A DNA stretch of 64,000 nucleotides, taken from Geosiphon pyriformis uo1. Lineage: Eukaryota; Fungi; Glomeromycota. The DNA lies in assembly GCA_016748015.1 (NCBI GenBank), contig JAAOMT010000088.1, positions 1-64,000 on the forward strand, in the 5' to 3' direction. A model generated the notes under the pieces. It was given only the letters and a program-made list of their open reading frames with translations, searched no databases and was not told the origin of the DNA. The position numbers and the translations under genes were made by a program. Of the stretch, positions 11,420 through 24,100 are shown in pieces (the stretch's first letter is position 1; each line of letters opens with the position of its first letter).

Positions 11420-14400
11420 TATTACCACAACAGACAACCAATCAGGTCGTTTGTGATATTTCTTGAGTCGTGTGCCATGAACAGGATGATCATTGAGGAT
11501 TGTTCTAGATTGATCTTAAAGAATATAAGAACCATTGTTCAAAACTTTGTTGACTATAAAGGGTCTTTTCCACTGGTTAGAAAATTTATCACCATAGACA
11601 TTGTCTTTGTCTAAATGGTATTCTAATACCAAGTTACTAATACTTAAAGAAAGTGTTTTATAGGTTTTCTTCTTTTTAAGTTTTTCTTGAAACTGTTTTA
11701 TTTTTTCAAAAGCAACTATTCATGCTTCTACCAATGAGTCAAGAATGGTACTAAGTCTTTTTTGCAAAATGTTTTTGTAATTCCCTATTGTAATTTTTTC
11801 AAAAAATATTGTCTCAATGTCAGTTTTTATTGGTAGTGTTACCATTTGTCCATAGAGCAGATAAAAGAGTTCATAACTTGTTATGTTATGATTCACAGTT
11901 CTATAAGCAAACAAAGCTGAAGACAGTACTTTGTTCCATAAGTTTGTTTCTTCACTTGTTTTGGCTAAGGTTTCTATTGAAACATTTCACTAGGCCATTT
12001 GTTTGGGAGTAATAAGGAGAGGAAAGTTTGTGATGTATTCCCATTTTTCTACAAAGTTCTTCAACCAGTATACTGAAAAAAGCTTTTCCTCTATTAAATA
12101 ATAGTTCTTTGGGGCAGCCATGGCAACAAATGATATCTTTATAAATGAAATTGGCTATTGAGATTGCTGTTTGATCTGGAGTGGCTTTTGCTTCTACTCA
12201 CTTTGTAAGATAGTCAGTAGCTGTGATAATATATCTGTTGTCATCAGAAGTTATTTTTAAAGGTCCAACAACATCTATACCAATTCTGTCAAATAGTTGG
12301 CCAACAGAGATTGGATAGATGTCTTCTTTATAATTGGATTTTTTTTTTTTTGGCAGATGTCACAGGTTTTAATGTATTCAGCAATGTCTTTTCCTAAGGT
12401 AGGCCAATAATAGCGAGCTAAGGTTTTCTGAATTGTTTTAGTCTTTCCAAAATGTTCAGCTAATGAATCAGTGTGCATATTATAGATTACAATTTCTTTT
12501 TCTTTAAATCTTATGACTCTTTAGGGGCAGTCAGGATTTTTTCTGTTTCTTTTATATAGTTAGTTCTGGCAAATCAAATAGAAATTTGATTGTTTGCACA
12601 AATGTTCTCTTTGTTGTCAAGTGTATTCTAGTGGGTATTGTCCTTTACCCAAAAATTCTATTAAAGCAGAATAGTTGTTCAAGTCCATTATCATGTTTGT
12701 CAAAAGGAGAGTTACTAATAATTAAATTGGTTTGGTTTGAAAGGTTGTAATTATTGCTAGATAATAAGTCTGGAGAGAGCATCAGTGTTTTGATGATTAG
12801 CTCTTTTGCAGTATTGAATGTCATAGTCAAATTTGTCCAAGTAGAGTATCTAGTGAGTTATCCATTTATGTTCCAGCTTTTTTTTGTTGCACAGCCAAAC
12901 CAAGGCTTGATGATCTGTTATTACTAGGAATTTAGCACCAAAAAGATATTGATCCCAGTAATTAGTAGTCCAAACCACTGCTAAGCATTCTTGTTCAGTA
13001 ACTGTATAGGTCTTTTCTGTTGGTGTGAGAGTTCTACTTGCATATGCTATAGTATATTCTTTGCCATCTTCATCTTTTTGGGAGAGAACAGCACCAAGTC
13101 TATAGCCAGATGCATCAGTGTGCAGAATAAAAGATTGGTCCAAGTCAGGTTGTTTGAGAATTGGTTCAGTAACAAGTTTTTCCTTTAGAATTTCAAAAGC
13201 TTTTTGTTGATAAGTGCCTCAGTGATAATTGACATTTTTTCTGAGTAGCTAATTGAGAAGAGTGGCAATTTTAGAGAAATCTTTGACAAATTTGTGGTAA
13301 TAAGAGGCCAAACCAAGAAAAGAGCATAGTTCAGGAACATTCATTGGTTGTCTAATGTTCTGGACTTTTTCAACTTTAGCTGGTCAGGGAAGATTCTATT
13401 TTTTGTAACAAGATAACCAAGAAACTGGGTGGATTGGCATCCAAAGAAAGATTTAATTGGGTTTATCTTAAGGCCAGCATTTCTGAGCAGATCAAAAACC
13501 TTTTGCAAATGTTCAAGGTGTTCATTCCAGGTTTTTAAGTATACTATTATATCATCCAAATAAACTAGAACAAAGTTTTCTTTCACTGATTCAAACACTT
13601 TGTCTATTAGGCATTGAAAGGTAAGAGGAGTGTTTATGAGACCAAAAAGCATAACTGTGAATTCATAGATGCCATACTTTGTAATAAAAGCAGTTTTTTT
13701 TCTGCTTTCTGAATCCATCTCTACTTGCCAGAATCCAGCCATTAAGTCAATAATTGAGAAGAAAGCAGCACTATTGAATTTATCTAACATTGCATCAATT
13801 TTGGGAAGTAAGTACATATCTCTTATAGTGATGGCATTTAATTGGCGGTAGTCAACACAGAAGCATAGGGTTCCACCTTTCTTAGATATTACTACAACTG
13901 GAAAAGTCCATTTATTCTTGGTTTTTTGTATGAATCCAAGATCTTTTATTCGTTTTATTTCTTTCTTGATGAACTCATCATTGTGGCGATTGGATTGATA
14001 AGGCTTCAAGTATATGGGTCAAGTTTCTTTGGTGGTGATAGTGTATTGTATCATATGGGTATCACCTTCTTTTGAGATAACTGGGCTATTTTTAGCCAAC
14101 AGATTTTCAATGTCAACTTTTCTTTCTTCTGGTGAGAGTTTTCTTTGTTCTATCATTAGTGATTAGATCTTAGATGGTTCATTTTCAAAGGACTTTTAGA
14201 CTTTTTTCAATTTTTCTCTAGGTATCAAGCTGATTGGTTTCTAATCTTTGTAATAGATCAGGCATGATTTGTATTCATCACTTGGGGAATACAAGAGTTT
14301 ATTGCACCAGCACTGGGCACAAGGGCCATGCCACCAATAACTATATTTTGCTTTTTTACCAAGCTTTCTATCAAAAATTCTTCTGAGTATGTCATAGTAA

Positions 14401-15420
14401 GGCCAACAAATCATTTTGTCATTGATATTGATTCCTTCTTTATCTGCTTTAACGTTATCTAGTGGTTTGTCATTGCTGGTGAAAATAGTATAGGCAAGTT
14501 CAGCAGTTTCTTCTTGTTCTTTTTGATTTTCTTTTTTATTGCTCTCATCATCATCCGATTCATCTGATTGTTCTTCTTCTTGGTTTTGCTTGGTTACTGA
14601 AGGGGTTGTCCAATGGTAGCATTTAATCACAATGGACTTCTTACCACATCTGATGGTTAATTCACACAGTTTATAATCAAGTAGAGCTTTGGCTTTCTTA
14701 AGCCATTCATTGCCAACTATAATGGTGTATTCCTTGGCTTTAAAAACTTCCATATCAGTTTCAATACTGATACTATTGATGCGAACAGAAATGGCTTTGG
14801 TTATGCCCAAACCTTTCTTCTTATTACCATGTACATTGGTTATTGGTCGAGTGAAAAGTTCATCAATCTTTCTGCTAATTGCTTCTAAAAAGTGTTTGGC
14901 AATAACGCTCATAGATGATCTACTGTCTAAAATTAGGTCAATGAAATAACCAGCCACTTGGGCTTTACAGATTAGAAGGGTGACATTACTATTGTTAGTA
15001 AGTTCGGCTTGATGAGAGCATTTGTTGGTTTTTGGTGTCTTTTTTTTGGGATTTGTAAAGATCTTTTCTGAACTGTGGATGGGTTATTAACTGGCCAAAA
15101 GTTATGTGTGCTGGAGTTTCTATGAAATTTTTGACAACTAAATAGGGACCAGATTTTTGTACAATTTCTGGGGGTTCTAACTTTGAAGAATTTCTGAAAA
15201 CTTTAGTCTTTGGTGGCTCATTGTTATTAGCAGTTGATGTGAATGCTTTGTTTGGATCTAGAATGAAATCAACCTTGGCTTTCTTCTTCTTTCTTGTTGT
15301 TTCTGAGGTGTTGATTGCTAGTTTATCCATGTCATAGTTATCATTAGTTAGATTGAAAATATAAAAAGGGTTTTCTTCTGGTTGGCTTGCACTCTCACCT
15401 TTTGAAGGTATGCCTACCAA
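11420..15420 (-). pseudogene. pol of C (PR, RT, RNase H, integrase)
   Basis: IDLILDSRSS; FCVDYRQLN; LVYLDDII; LHTDASG...IAYASR; H...HFG...CDIC; integrase core; WKRPF (GPF/Y motif). Confidence 0.92.
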
Positions 15421-16967
15421 TTTAAAGACTGATAAACAGTGGCTTCAACTAAGAGATCCTTTCCAAAGAAATTGATGTTGGCATGATTAGGTCTTTAATT
15501 GGGGACATTGTTGTTAATAGATCTGTTATTTTGATTATCATTGTTTCTAAGAGCTGGAGGGGGTAAAAGAGGGTTGTTACAATCTCTTAAGAAATGTCTA
15601 GTTAATCCACAGCAATAGCACACAGGTGGGCCACGATTTTGTTGTCTTTGATAAGATGGTTGCTAAGGTTGATTGAAGTGTGGTTCAAATCTGAGTCTTT
15701 GGAGTTGCTAGTTATTTCTAACTACTTGGGCTAATGGTTCTAATAGCCAAGCAAAATTTGCTGTGAGTCTATCTATCAACTGTTTATTTGGGTCTTGAGT
15801 TTGGGCAACAAAAGAAGTAGCAGCTATTTGGGGAGCAGAAGCCATAATAGAAGCAGGAGCAAAAACTGAAAGTATAGATCCAAGATGCATTCTTTGATTG
15901 TCTTCTATTCACTAAGCAAGTTCAATGGCCATATCCATTGTGAGATTATCTTTTAGGACCAGGAGGGGCCAAAGAGCATATGAGAGATCAGTTCTCAATC
16001 CTTTTGTAAAGGAATGAATCTTTTGCTCTTCTGTCCAATTTCTACCAGAGTCTATATATTTGATTAGTTTTCTGATTGCTTTAGTGTATTCAGTTATGAC
16101 TTCACCAGGACCTTGGGTTTTTCTTTCTAATTCCATATGCCATTTAGAGATTAAGATGGGAGTTCTAAATTTTATTTCAAACTGGGTAGTAAAAGAGGTG
16201 TTATCTTCTTTAGCATTTGTCAGTGTCTATCTAATAATTTTTTGCTGGGTATTAACATTGGTTTCTTGAGAAAACCAAGTAGCAAGAGAGCCTTGGAAGT
16301 AGCCACCAATGATTTGGAACTTGTATTCATTATCATATTGGTTTGCTGTGGCAGCTCTTTCAAAATCATCCAACCATTCAATTGGATCTTAGGCATCATC
16401 TCTAAATAATAGTAATGGGGTGTTGTTTCTTTGCCCTAAAGCAGTCTGTATATCTTGGAGGGCAATTAGAATGTTTTGTTGTAAAGGGTCTTGAGCCATT
16501 GGTTCAGGTGTAACTGTTTGTGTGGAGTGTTCTGATTCACTTGAAAAGAGATCAAAAACAGAAGCAGTTTGATAGCTTTCTTTTTCTGTTTTAAGAGAAG
16601 TTTTTGTTGATTGATGGACAGCAATCCAAATATGGATTTGATGATTCAGATATTCAAAATCAAAGGGCTGTTGTTCAAAGGTTGCAGAATATAAAAGCTA
16701 ATTGATACTGTTGTTTCTTCCTTCAAAGTCATCTTTAAAATAAGCTTGGTCAAAATAATAGATTGTATAAGCTGTGTAGGTTTCAGCTGAATGCTCGTTC
16801 AAGAACCAGTTCCAAAAGTCTTGGAATTGTCTACTGGATTGTTCTTCAATGGAGAAGCAAATCAAGCAGGAGGGCAAAGGATTGAGTTCAATAAAGTCTA
16901 GATTGTTTTTGTTGTGTGCTTTAAAGTGTTCTTCTGATTGTTGTGGCAGGTATGAATAATCACCCAT
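15414..16967 (-). pseudogene. gag of C
   Basis: Starts just after the PBS; retrotransposon gag-like QGPGEVITEY segment; zinc knuckle CYCCGLTRHFLRDC; ends TTA AAT TGG TAG. Confidence 0.85.
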
Positions 16968-16997
16968 ACAATAGAAAACAAAGTAGATTTTGACAAT

Positions 16998-17013
16998 CTC
17001 ACAGGGAGCACCA
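16998..17013 (-). promoter_or_regulatory. Primer binding site of C
   Basis: Minus-strand TGGTGCTCCCTGTGAG, identical to the PBS of B. Confidence 0.85.
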
Positions 17014-17019
17014 CTTTTA

Positions 17020-17708
17020 TGTTATGGGTTGGAGTAACAAGCTAACAGATAGCAAGGGAGAACAGGATTGTAGGGTGATAGAAATAATCAAAGAGAATTT
17101 CAACTTTAAAGAGCAAATTGAATAAGTATAAATTCAATGTACAAGATCAGTCTCATAAAATATCTTAGTCACTATTCTTTTCAAAAGTAACTGGGAAATC
17201 TGAAGGTAGAGAGATAGTCTGTACTGTCAACAATTAATCACCACTGGTATAATTCTATGCCTCATGTCAGCACTTTTAGAATTTAATATCAGGTATCAAC
17301 TTGTGCTTTTTAGTCACATTTATTCAAATAATCTTCAAATGCTACAATTATATACATCAAAAAAAGGCCAACAAGTAATCTTTTATCTTTAAAATGTTCA
17401 GATATTTGAAGATAGGGAAAGGGAAATTAGCAACAAGAGAAGGATTGAGATGAAAGTTGTTATTTTATTTATTCTTGATTATTCAGATGCTTGTTATTAT
17501 ATGCTTTTCTACAGCTAAGAGATTTATCGCTTATATAGCTATCAAAAATGGTCAATAATTAGGTCAACGACTAGGTCAATGATCAGGTCAATGATCAAGT
17601 TAATGGTCAGGTCATTGATCACTTTCTAAAAATAGTGTGGCTAATCATATGACATCAGTGGCTAATACATGTGATAATTAATAAGAAGTATAGGTTTCAA
17701 CTATAACA
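17020..17708 (-). repeat. 5' LTR of C
   Basis: TGTTA...TAACA; adjacent to PBS; 24 bp (two 12-mer units) shorter than the 3' LTR. Confidence 0.93.
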
Positions 17709-19200
17709 ATACAGTACATTACAAAAAAGGAAAAAAAAAGGAAAATGCTGATGGTTTGTTGCAAATGAAACAAATCTGAATATTTCAATCCAAAAATATA
17801 ACAAAATCTAAACAATTGAAAACAAAAATATAACAAAAGATGAACACACAAAAATATCAACAACTTTAGCATTATATAAATACTCAACAGTTCAAGAAGA
17901 AATTATCTCAAAAAAAACAAAACAACATAAAACAACAATCAAAATATTTTATTAATCATCAAAATATACTTTACTGAAAAAACAAAAAAAATCTAAAGCA
18001 ATTAACCAGAGTTATTACAGAACTAAAAAAAGAGACAATATTGTTCAACATGCATTCAGATCTAACAGTGGAATATTTTCATAAAGAAGCAACAATAAAA
18101 AAAATTAGAAAAAAATACCACTGATTATCAATATATTCAAACATTATTCAATATGTTCAAAATTGTGATGTTTGTTAAAGAAAAAAAGGAACCAGACCCA
18201 ATAAATCATTGAAACCAATCAAAATGGGACAACCATTCAATCATATTAGAATTGACTTAGTTGAACCATTAACAATAACCAGTAGAAGAAACAGATATAT
18301 TGCAATAGTTATGAATTATCTTACAAAATGGCCAGAAACAAAAACCATTCAAAGAGCAAATGCAAAATTTGTTGTCAAATTTGTTCATCAAGATTTGATT
18401 TGTCAACACGAATGTCTAAAAGAATTACTATCTGACCAAGGAACTCATTTCATAAATAGAACATTAACCAAATTAAGTTAAAAATTTGGAATTAAAAGAC
18501 CATTATCATTACTATATCATTCACAAATTAATAGCTTAGTTGAAAGATTCAATAGAACATTGTGTGAAGCAATTGCCAAGATCAGCCAAAAAAGCAAAAA
18601 CAAATGGAATTTGTTTATATCATCAGTATTATTTGCTTATTGGACAATGAAGCAAAACACCACACAAACAACATTATTTAAATTAGTATATGGTAGAACA
18701 ACAACACTACCAGTTGAAATAGAAGTCAAAACATATTCAACAAAGTCAATAACAAAAGAGAATTTCCAAAGAACATTATTAAAAAGAACATATGACTTAA
18801 TAAAGACACTAAAAAACAAATGACAAAGAGCAGCTGATAACATTCAAAAGTCACAAAAAAAACAAAAAAAAAACATGATAACCAACTATCAGATAAACCA
18901 GTCAAATTCAAGATTAGAAACAAAGTACTTTTACATTGTATCAAAACAAAAAAACAATGAAATAGAAAATTTGACTCCAAATAGAATAAACCATTTCACA
19001 TAGAAGAAATTCTTGGAAATAAAGCTTATAAATTAAGATGGAACAACAAAATCTTAGCCAAAACAGCACATAGTGATTGATTGAAACCATATTATCATAC
19101 AGAATCATCATTTACCAATAATATTCTACAACTGGAAATACAATAAATACTAGTCTAACCAGATGAAATTCCACAAGATCTAGAACCAATCATTATTATT
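17709..19200 (+). pseudogene. End of RNase H and integrase of element A
   Basis: ENADGL; H...CDVC; IRIDLVEPL, LSDQGTHF, LVERFNRTL; no chromodomain seen. Confidence 0.9.
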
Positions 19201-19276
19201 AACACAAACACATTAAATTGATCAACCAAAAGAATATATAAAGATATAGTAGATGTGACAGAAAATATCAGAAAAA

Positions 19277-19900
19277 ATGGAAATTACTGATGAGATTTAC
19301 TCACTAGCATAACAACTTTTTTAATTAATTCAACAATGGAATATGGAAATTACTATCAACCAACAAACCATTTGATACAGAGATACCAGAAAAATACTCC
19401 AATACAAAGTACAGAGGAAACCAGAAAACACCATTGACAAAATAATTCTAAAAATAAAATTGGTAATAGAAGAGCCAACAAGTGTCATATCATGTCAAAA
19501 ATTAACCAAAGAAACTTGAAATTAGTGAATACAACACTTTTCAAAAAACTTTTGTTATTTCCACTTGAAACAATATTTGAATATCCAAAATTTGTATACA
19601 GATAAGACAAAGTGATTATTTGATTCAGAAATATTACAACAATTTGAGCAATTTGTGGAAAAGAATAATCTAACCACACAAACACAAACCATCTATCAAT
19701 TACAAAATGGATTTCAAGACCAACCAAAAATCTTACTCAATCCAGCAATAAACATTATTACTGTGAACCAAATAAAAAAAATAACTAATGTCCAATTTGA
19801 AGAGTTACAAAACAAAATAACACAAATAATTTTTGAAAAAAAAGTTCAAAAAATACTTAAAGACAGAGAGCTAGAATTAAAAGATCTCAATGGAGCTTAA
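19277..19900 (+). pseudogene. 3' extra ORF (ORF3) of A
   Basis: Single frame of ~208 codons with point-mutation stops: MEITDEIYSLA*QLF...MEITINQQTI...CYFHLKQYL...IITVNQIKKITNVQFEEL...DLNGA*. TATATAAA at 19235. Confidence 0.75.
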
Positions 19901-20110
19901 TATTAAAAAGAGAAAATAATGTTACTCTTAGAATATAAAAAATATAGTAGTATATAAATTAGCCAATCAGAAGTAGTCATAGTAAATATGAAATTTCAGG
20001 ATTCTTCTCAGAGGAATTGTAAGATTCCAGGAATTTCAGAATTCTCATATGAGGAATTGCAGGATTTCAGAAATTTCAGGATTCTTATATGAAAAATTGC
20101 AGGATTCCAG

Positions 20111-21073
20111 TATTATCAGTAGAATTTTAGCTATTAATTAACATGAAATTACCCTTATAAGTCCTATAATTAATTAGTATATTAATATCATTTCAAATTA
20201 TCATTTATTATTTAATCAATTATTACATATCACGATTCAATTAAAATAATCTAATTAGTATAACAGAAAGTAGAATGATCAAATTACACAATACTCTGAA
20301 CTTTGTAATATTCTAAAATTTGTCGAAATTTACAGAAATTTGCTGAAATTATGAATAGTTTACCTAAATTAATCAATAGTTCGGCAAAATAACTTGTAGT
20401 TTATTAAAATGTATCTTTAGTTCACCAAAGAAAAAAAGTGCAAGTTCATAGACTAGTACTACAACAAGTTGTATAAAAAAAGAGCTTTTTTTTTCAAGAA
20501 AATGTATCTTACTTTATATTTATCACTTAGAACCATTCCTACACACACAAAAAGAAATAAATATCAAATAAATTGAAAAACCAAATTTTTTAATTATTGC
20601 ACTTGGAAAATTCCCAAAAACCCAACTAACGTTTTGAAATTGATTAGCTACCAATTTCAGTAAACTGTTAGTGACTCCAGGCCTGAATAGAAAACGTTCC
20701 CTTGATAAAATCCTATTTCTTTTACATTTTTTTTATTTTTCTTTTCTTTTCTTATTACAATCATTAGGGTAGCCTATAGACGAGATTTCTGTAGAAGAGT
20801 GGACTTTCACAGCAAAGTAACTACACATTTTTTTAGTGAGCTTCCAGACGAGCAATTCCTGGGAAAGGGTTGACATTTACTACAACATAACTACATAAAG
20901 TAACTGACAAGGAATTGGCCATTCCACTTATAAGCCCAGCAAGTTCAAATTATAGAAGATAATTTGAAGATAAATTCAGTTATTGGAGGTTCAACTACTT
21001 CTAAAAAACGTGAATTTGCAACCAACAAACATTTACAATATTCAAGAAAAGAAACCAAAAACCTCTGGTAACA
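20111..21073 (+). repeat. 5' LTR of D
   Basis: Direct repeat of 28985-29947; start decayed to TATTA; ends TAACA. Confidence 0.94.
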
Positions 21074-21118
21074 TTTGGTGCTCTCCCACAGAAATAACAC
21101 AGCAACAACAAATTCAAA

Positions 21119-24100
21119 GTGGTGATCACACCAGACACAGCAACTCTAGAGTATTACCAGTTAATTTACACCCACTGCAAGCAAAGATTTAACATTCCAG
21201 ACGGAATTGAAGTTGTCAAAAAATCAGTATACCAATACATTGAAAACCATATCAACAATTATCTTTTTGGAAACTACAACATTTTAGAAGTTAAAAGCAA
21301 TCTCTACAATAATTTAGTGCACTATTCACAATTGGGAACAGAAGATCTGAACAGTAAAAACTTGCTACCTACTTTTAAGAACTTAATTTTAACATTATTG
21401 AGTATTGTAAAGAAAAATACCCAGTACAGTCTAAATACTTTTTTGACTTTGAATTAGAGACAGAAACAAGCAACAAAGGCAAACAAAGATTGAAGCAATA
21501 CTCAAGAACCACTTCAAATACTCCAATGTTACAAAAGACAACTGCCAAACATTTGCAAACACCTGAACAAGAAACCAGTGTCAAATTACCACTTTCTATT
21601 ATGCCATTTCTAATTTCACTTGTTCAACCACAAACACCAAGTTCACCACTTAACCATTTCTCCAGACCAGAAGATTTTCAGTCATCTAGAAATCCTACTC
21701 AACAACAGAAACCAATATCAACAAGTGCCAATATTATTGATTACTTACAGGAAAACAAAAGTAATCACTCAGAAAGCTTGGAAAGTGAAGAAACTAAATC
21801 AGAACCAGAAGAAATTACAGAAAATAAAGAAATGGCAACTGCTTACATTGCAAAAATCCCAGAATTCACTGGTAAAGACAATAATACCAGTTCTCAAGAA
21901 TGGCTTAACAAAGTTCAAAAAGCAGAAGATGTAAATGGTTGGATCGCAGCAAGAATGCTCAAAGCAATTTCCTACTTTTTCTAAGGAACAGCAAGAGAAT
22001 GATTTGAAAACTTAGAAGAACCATTTGAAAACTGACAAGCATTTAAAAATGTTTTTCTACAACAATTTACTGATAACAATACCTCTATCACTCTCAGAAA
22101 CTGCTTTCACAATATCAAATAAAAAACATCTGAAACTGTTATAACTTATCTTGGAAGATTTAACAAACTTTTGACAATTAGAAACCAATGACTACTATTC
22201 TGATGCTCAAATTCTGGATTAGTTTATAGCAGGGTTAAAAAACAAACTGATTAAGAAAGTCCATCCACATGCTCCAGCAGACTTAGCAACTGCTATTAGA
22301 CATGCAAAGAGCTATGAAATGGCAATAGAAGAAGCAAATTACACCAAGCTTGTAAATCTTGCAATTGGAAAAACCAGCTCAGCAGCTGAAGAAAAGATAA
22401 ACCAACTCACAAAAAAAGTTGAAAGCTACTTCACAAACCAACAATAACAGCAACAACAACCACAAAAATATCAACTCCCACAATGATGCAACCAAAACAA
22501 TTTTGGATCACCATCCAACAACCAACCTCAAAATTGTCATTATTGTGGAATTCCAGGACACTGGAAACGAGATTGTAAAAAATTACAAAGAGACCAACAA
22601 AACAGGAGTAATCAACATTACTCTTTACCACAACAATCCTATTACCAATCTCTACCACCAACCTATTATTCATCAAGACCACAAAATCAAAACAGTTACT
22701 ATCCACCAGCTCCACAACCAATGCAGCAACAATATTAGCAACCTTTACCAATTCAGCCATATCAGACACCACCCACTCAACAATATCAAGTACCAGCAAG
22801 AAGATTGGTTCAACATAACCAATTCACACCCCAAAATCAACTGCAGAATAACCACAACAGAATCAATCCAAATAACCAGTTGGTTCCCCGAAATTCTGGT
22901 CAGCAAAGACCCAATCAATATTACACTCAACCCAATTATCTTACAATACCAGAGGAATCGAATTTTCAACAAACTGCATTTTCTGAAGGTGAAGTTGCAG
23001 CGCCAAGATTAAATCCTTCCAACCACACCATTCTATCAGCTCAAATTACCCAAAATGCCAATCTGTCAGATATATTTTCATTTGAATTTGAAGCAAATGA
23101 ATCACCATTTCTGCTTAGTAATACAGCAGTCAATGAACAAAAAGCAATTACTGCTATGTACACAGAAGCTACAGTGGAAGGAAAACCCATTTACTTAATC
23201 TTAGATAGTGGATTGACTGGAAGTATCATTACTTACCAGCTGATGCAACAACTCAAACAAAACGTAGACAGACCAGCTCAAACAGTTATTGTCACAGCTG
23301 ATGGTATAAAGAAGACTTTAATAAGAGAAATTAATGATTTCTCCTTTTCAATTGATGGAATTACCATTTCAGTTAAAGTTCTTGTTATGGATACACCCCA
23401 ATACTAAGCTCTAGTTGGAAATGATTGGCTTCTCAAGGCCAATACAAACCTGAACTGGGAAACTCAAAAACTTAAAATCTCATACCAAGGACAATATACC
23501 ATAGTACCTGCAACCTATGGTACTTTTAACAAATGATCAGAAAAAGCCCCAGTATTTGAATTTGAAGAGAAGAAAAAAATGCCACTTACTGAAACCTACA
23601 TGGCTCTTGAATTAACATTCAATTGGACTGAAGAAACAGAACAGGAGATTTTTGAAGAATTAAGAAGATGGAAGAAAGTTAGATATTTTACACCAGAACC
23701 ACGAAAAGAATCATCATACATTTCACTAAAATGCAAAGATTGCAAAAAGAAGCTTTTATTTATAAGAGTCTGTATTTCTCCAGAAGAGAAATATGAAACT
23801 CGTATCTGTTACTTTTGCAAAGCATGTCATAGAGAACGATTTGGATTTCCAAAAAGAAGTGGAAAATGGGACAACACACCTTGTCTTATATGTGGAAAAA
23901 TCCTATCAGAAGAATGCAATTGGATTAATGTAGCAATAAGAGGAGAAGTATGTAATCAAACCTGTCAATATGCTCTATCAATTTCGGAAAAAGTCAAAAG
24001 AGGAACACCATTTGATGTAGCATACAACAGTGCTCTCAATAAACTTTACCACTACCCTTATGATACTGAAATCATTTTTGACTTAGCAATAACATTAATC

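Larger units (their letters stand above)
10008..17708 (-). mobile_element. Full-length degenerate Ty3/Gypsy element C (no dUTPase), inserted in the RNase H of A
   Basis: LTRs 10008-10720 and 17020-17708; TSD ATAC/ATAC; PBS 16998-17013; PPT next to 10721; gag knuckle, PR, RT (YLDD), RH and IN on the minus strand. Confidence 0.95.

Noticed and set aside
18950-19200. Chromodomain at integrase C-termini
   Set aside because: A, C and D end after the GPF/Y-type region with a short tail; no chromodomain pattern seen.
19990-20110. Periodic GGAATT/GGATTC repeats, and the 12-mer at 10537-10633, as CRISPR arrays
   Set aside because: No unique spacers, no cas genes, eukaryotic context; they are LTR-internal tandem repeats present in other LTR copies.
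20983-21192. ORF at the end of the D LTR (also 35432..35641)
   Set aside because: Spans the LTR/PBS boundary and diverges immediately outside the LTR; a chance ORF.
22419-23012. Overlapping and antisense ORFs (22419..23012, 22431..22799, 54539..54913 and many 60-100 aa ORFs)
   Set aside because: Shadow frames of low-complexity gag or LINE coding sequence, with no motifs of their own.
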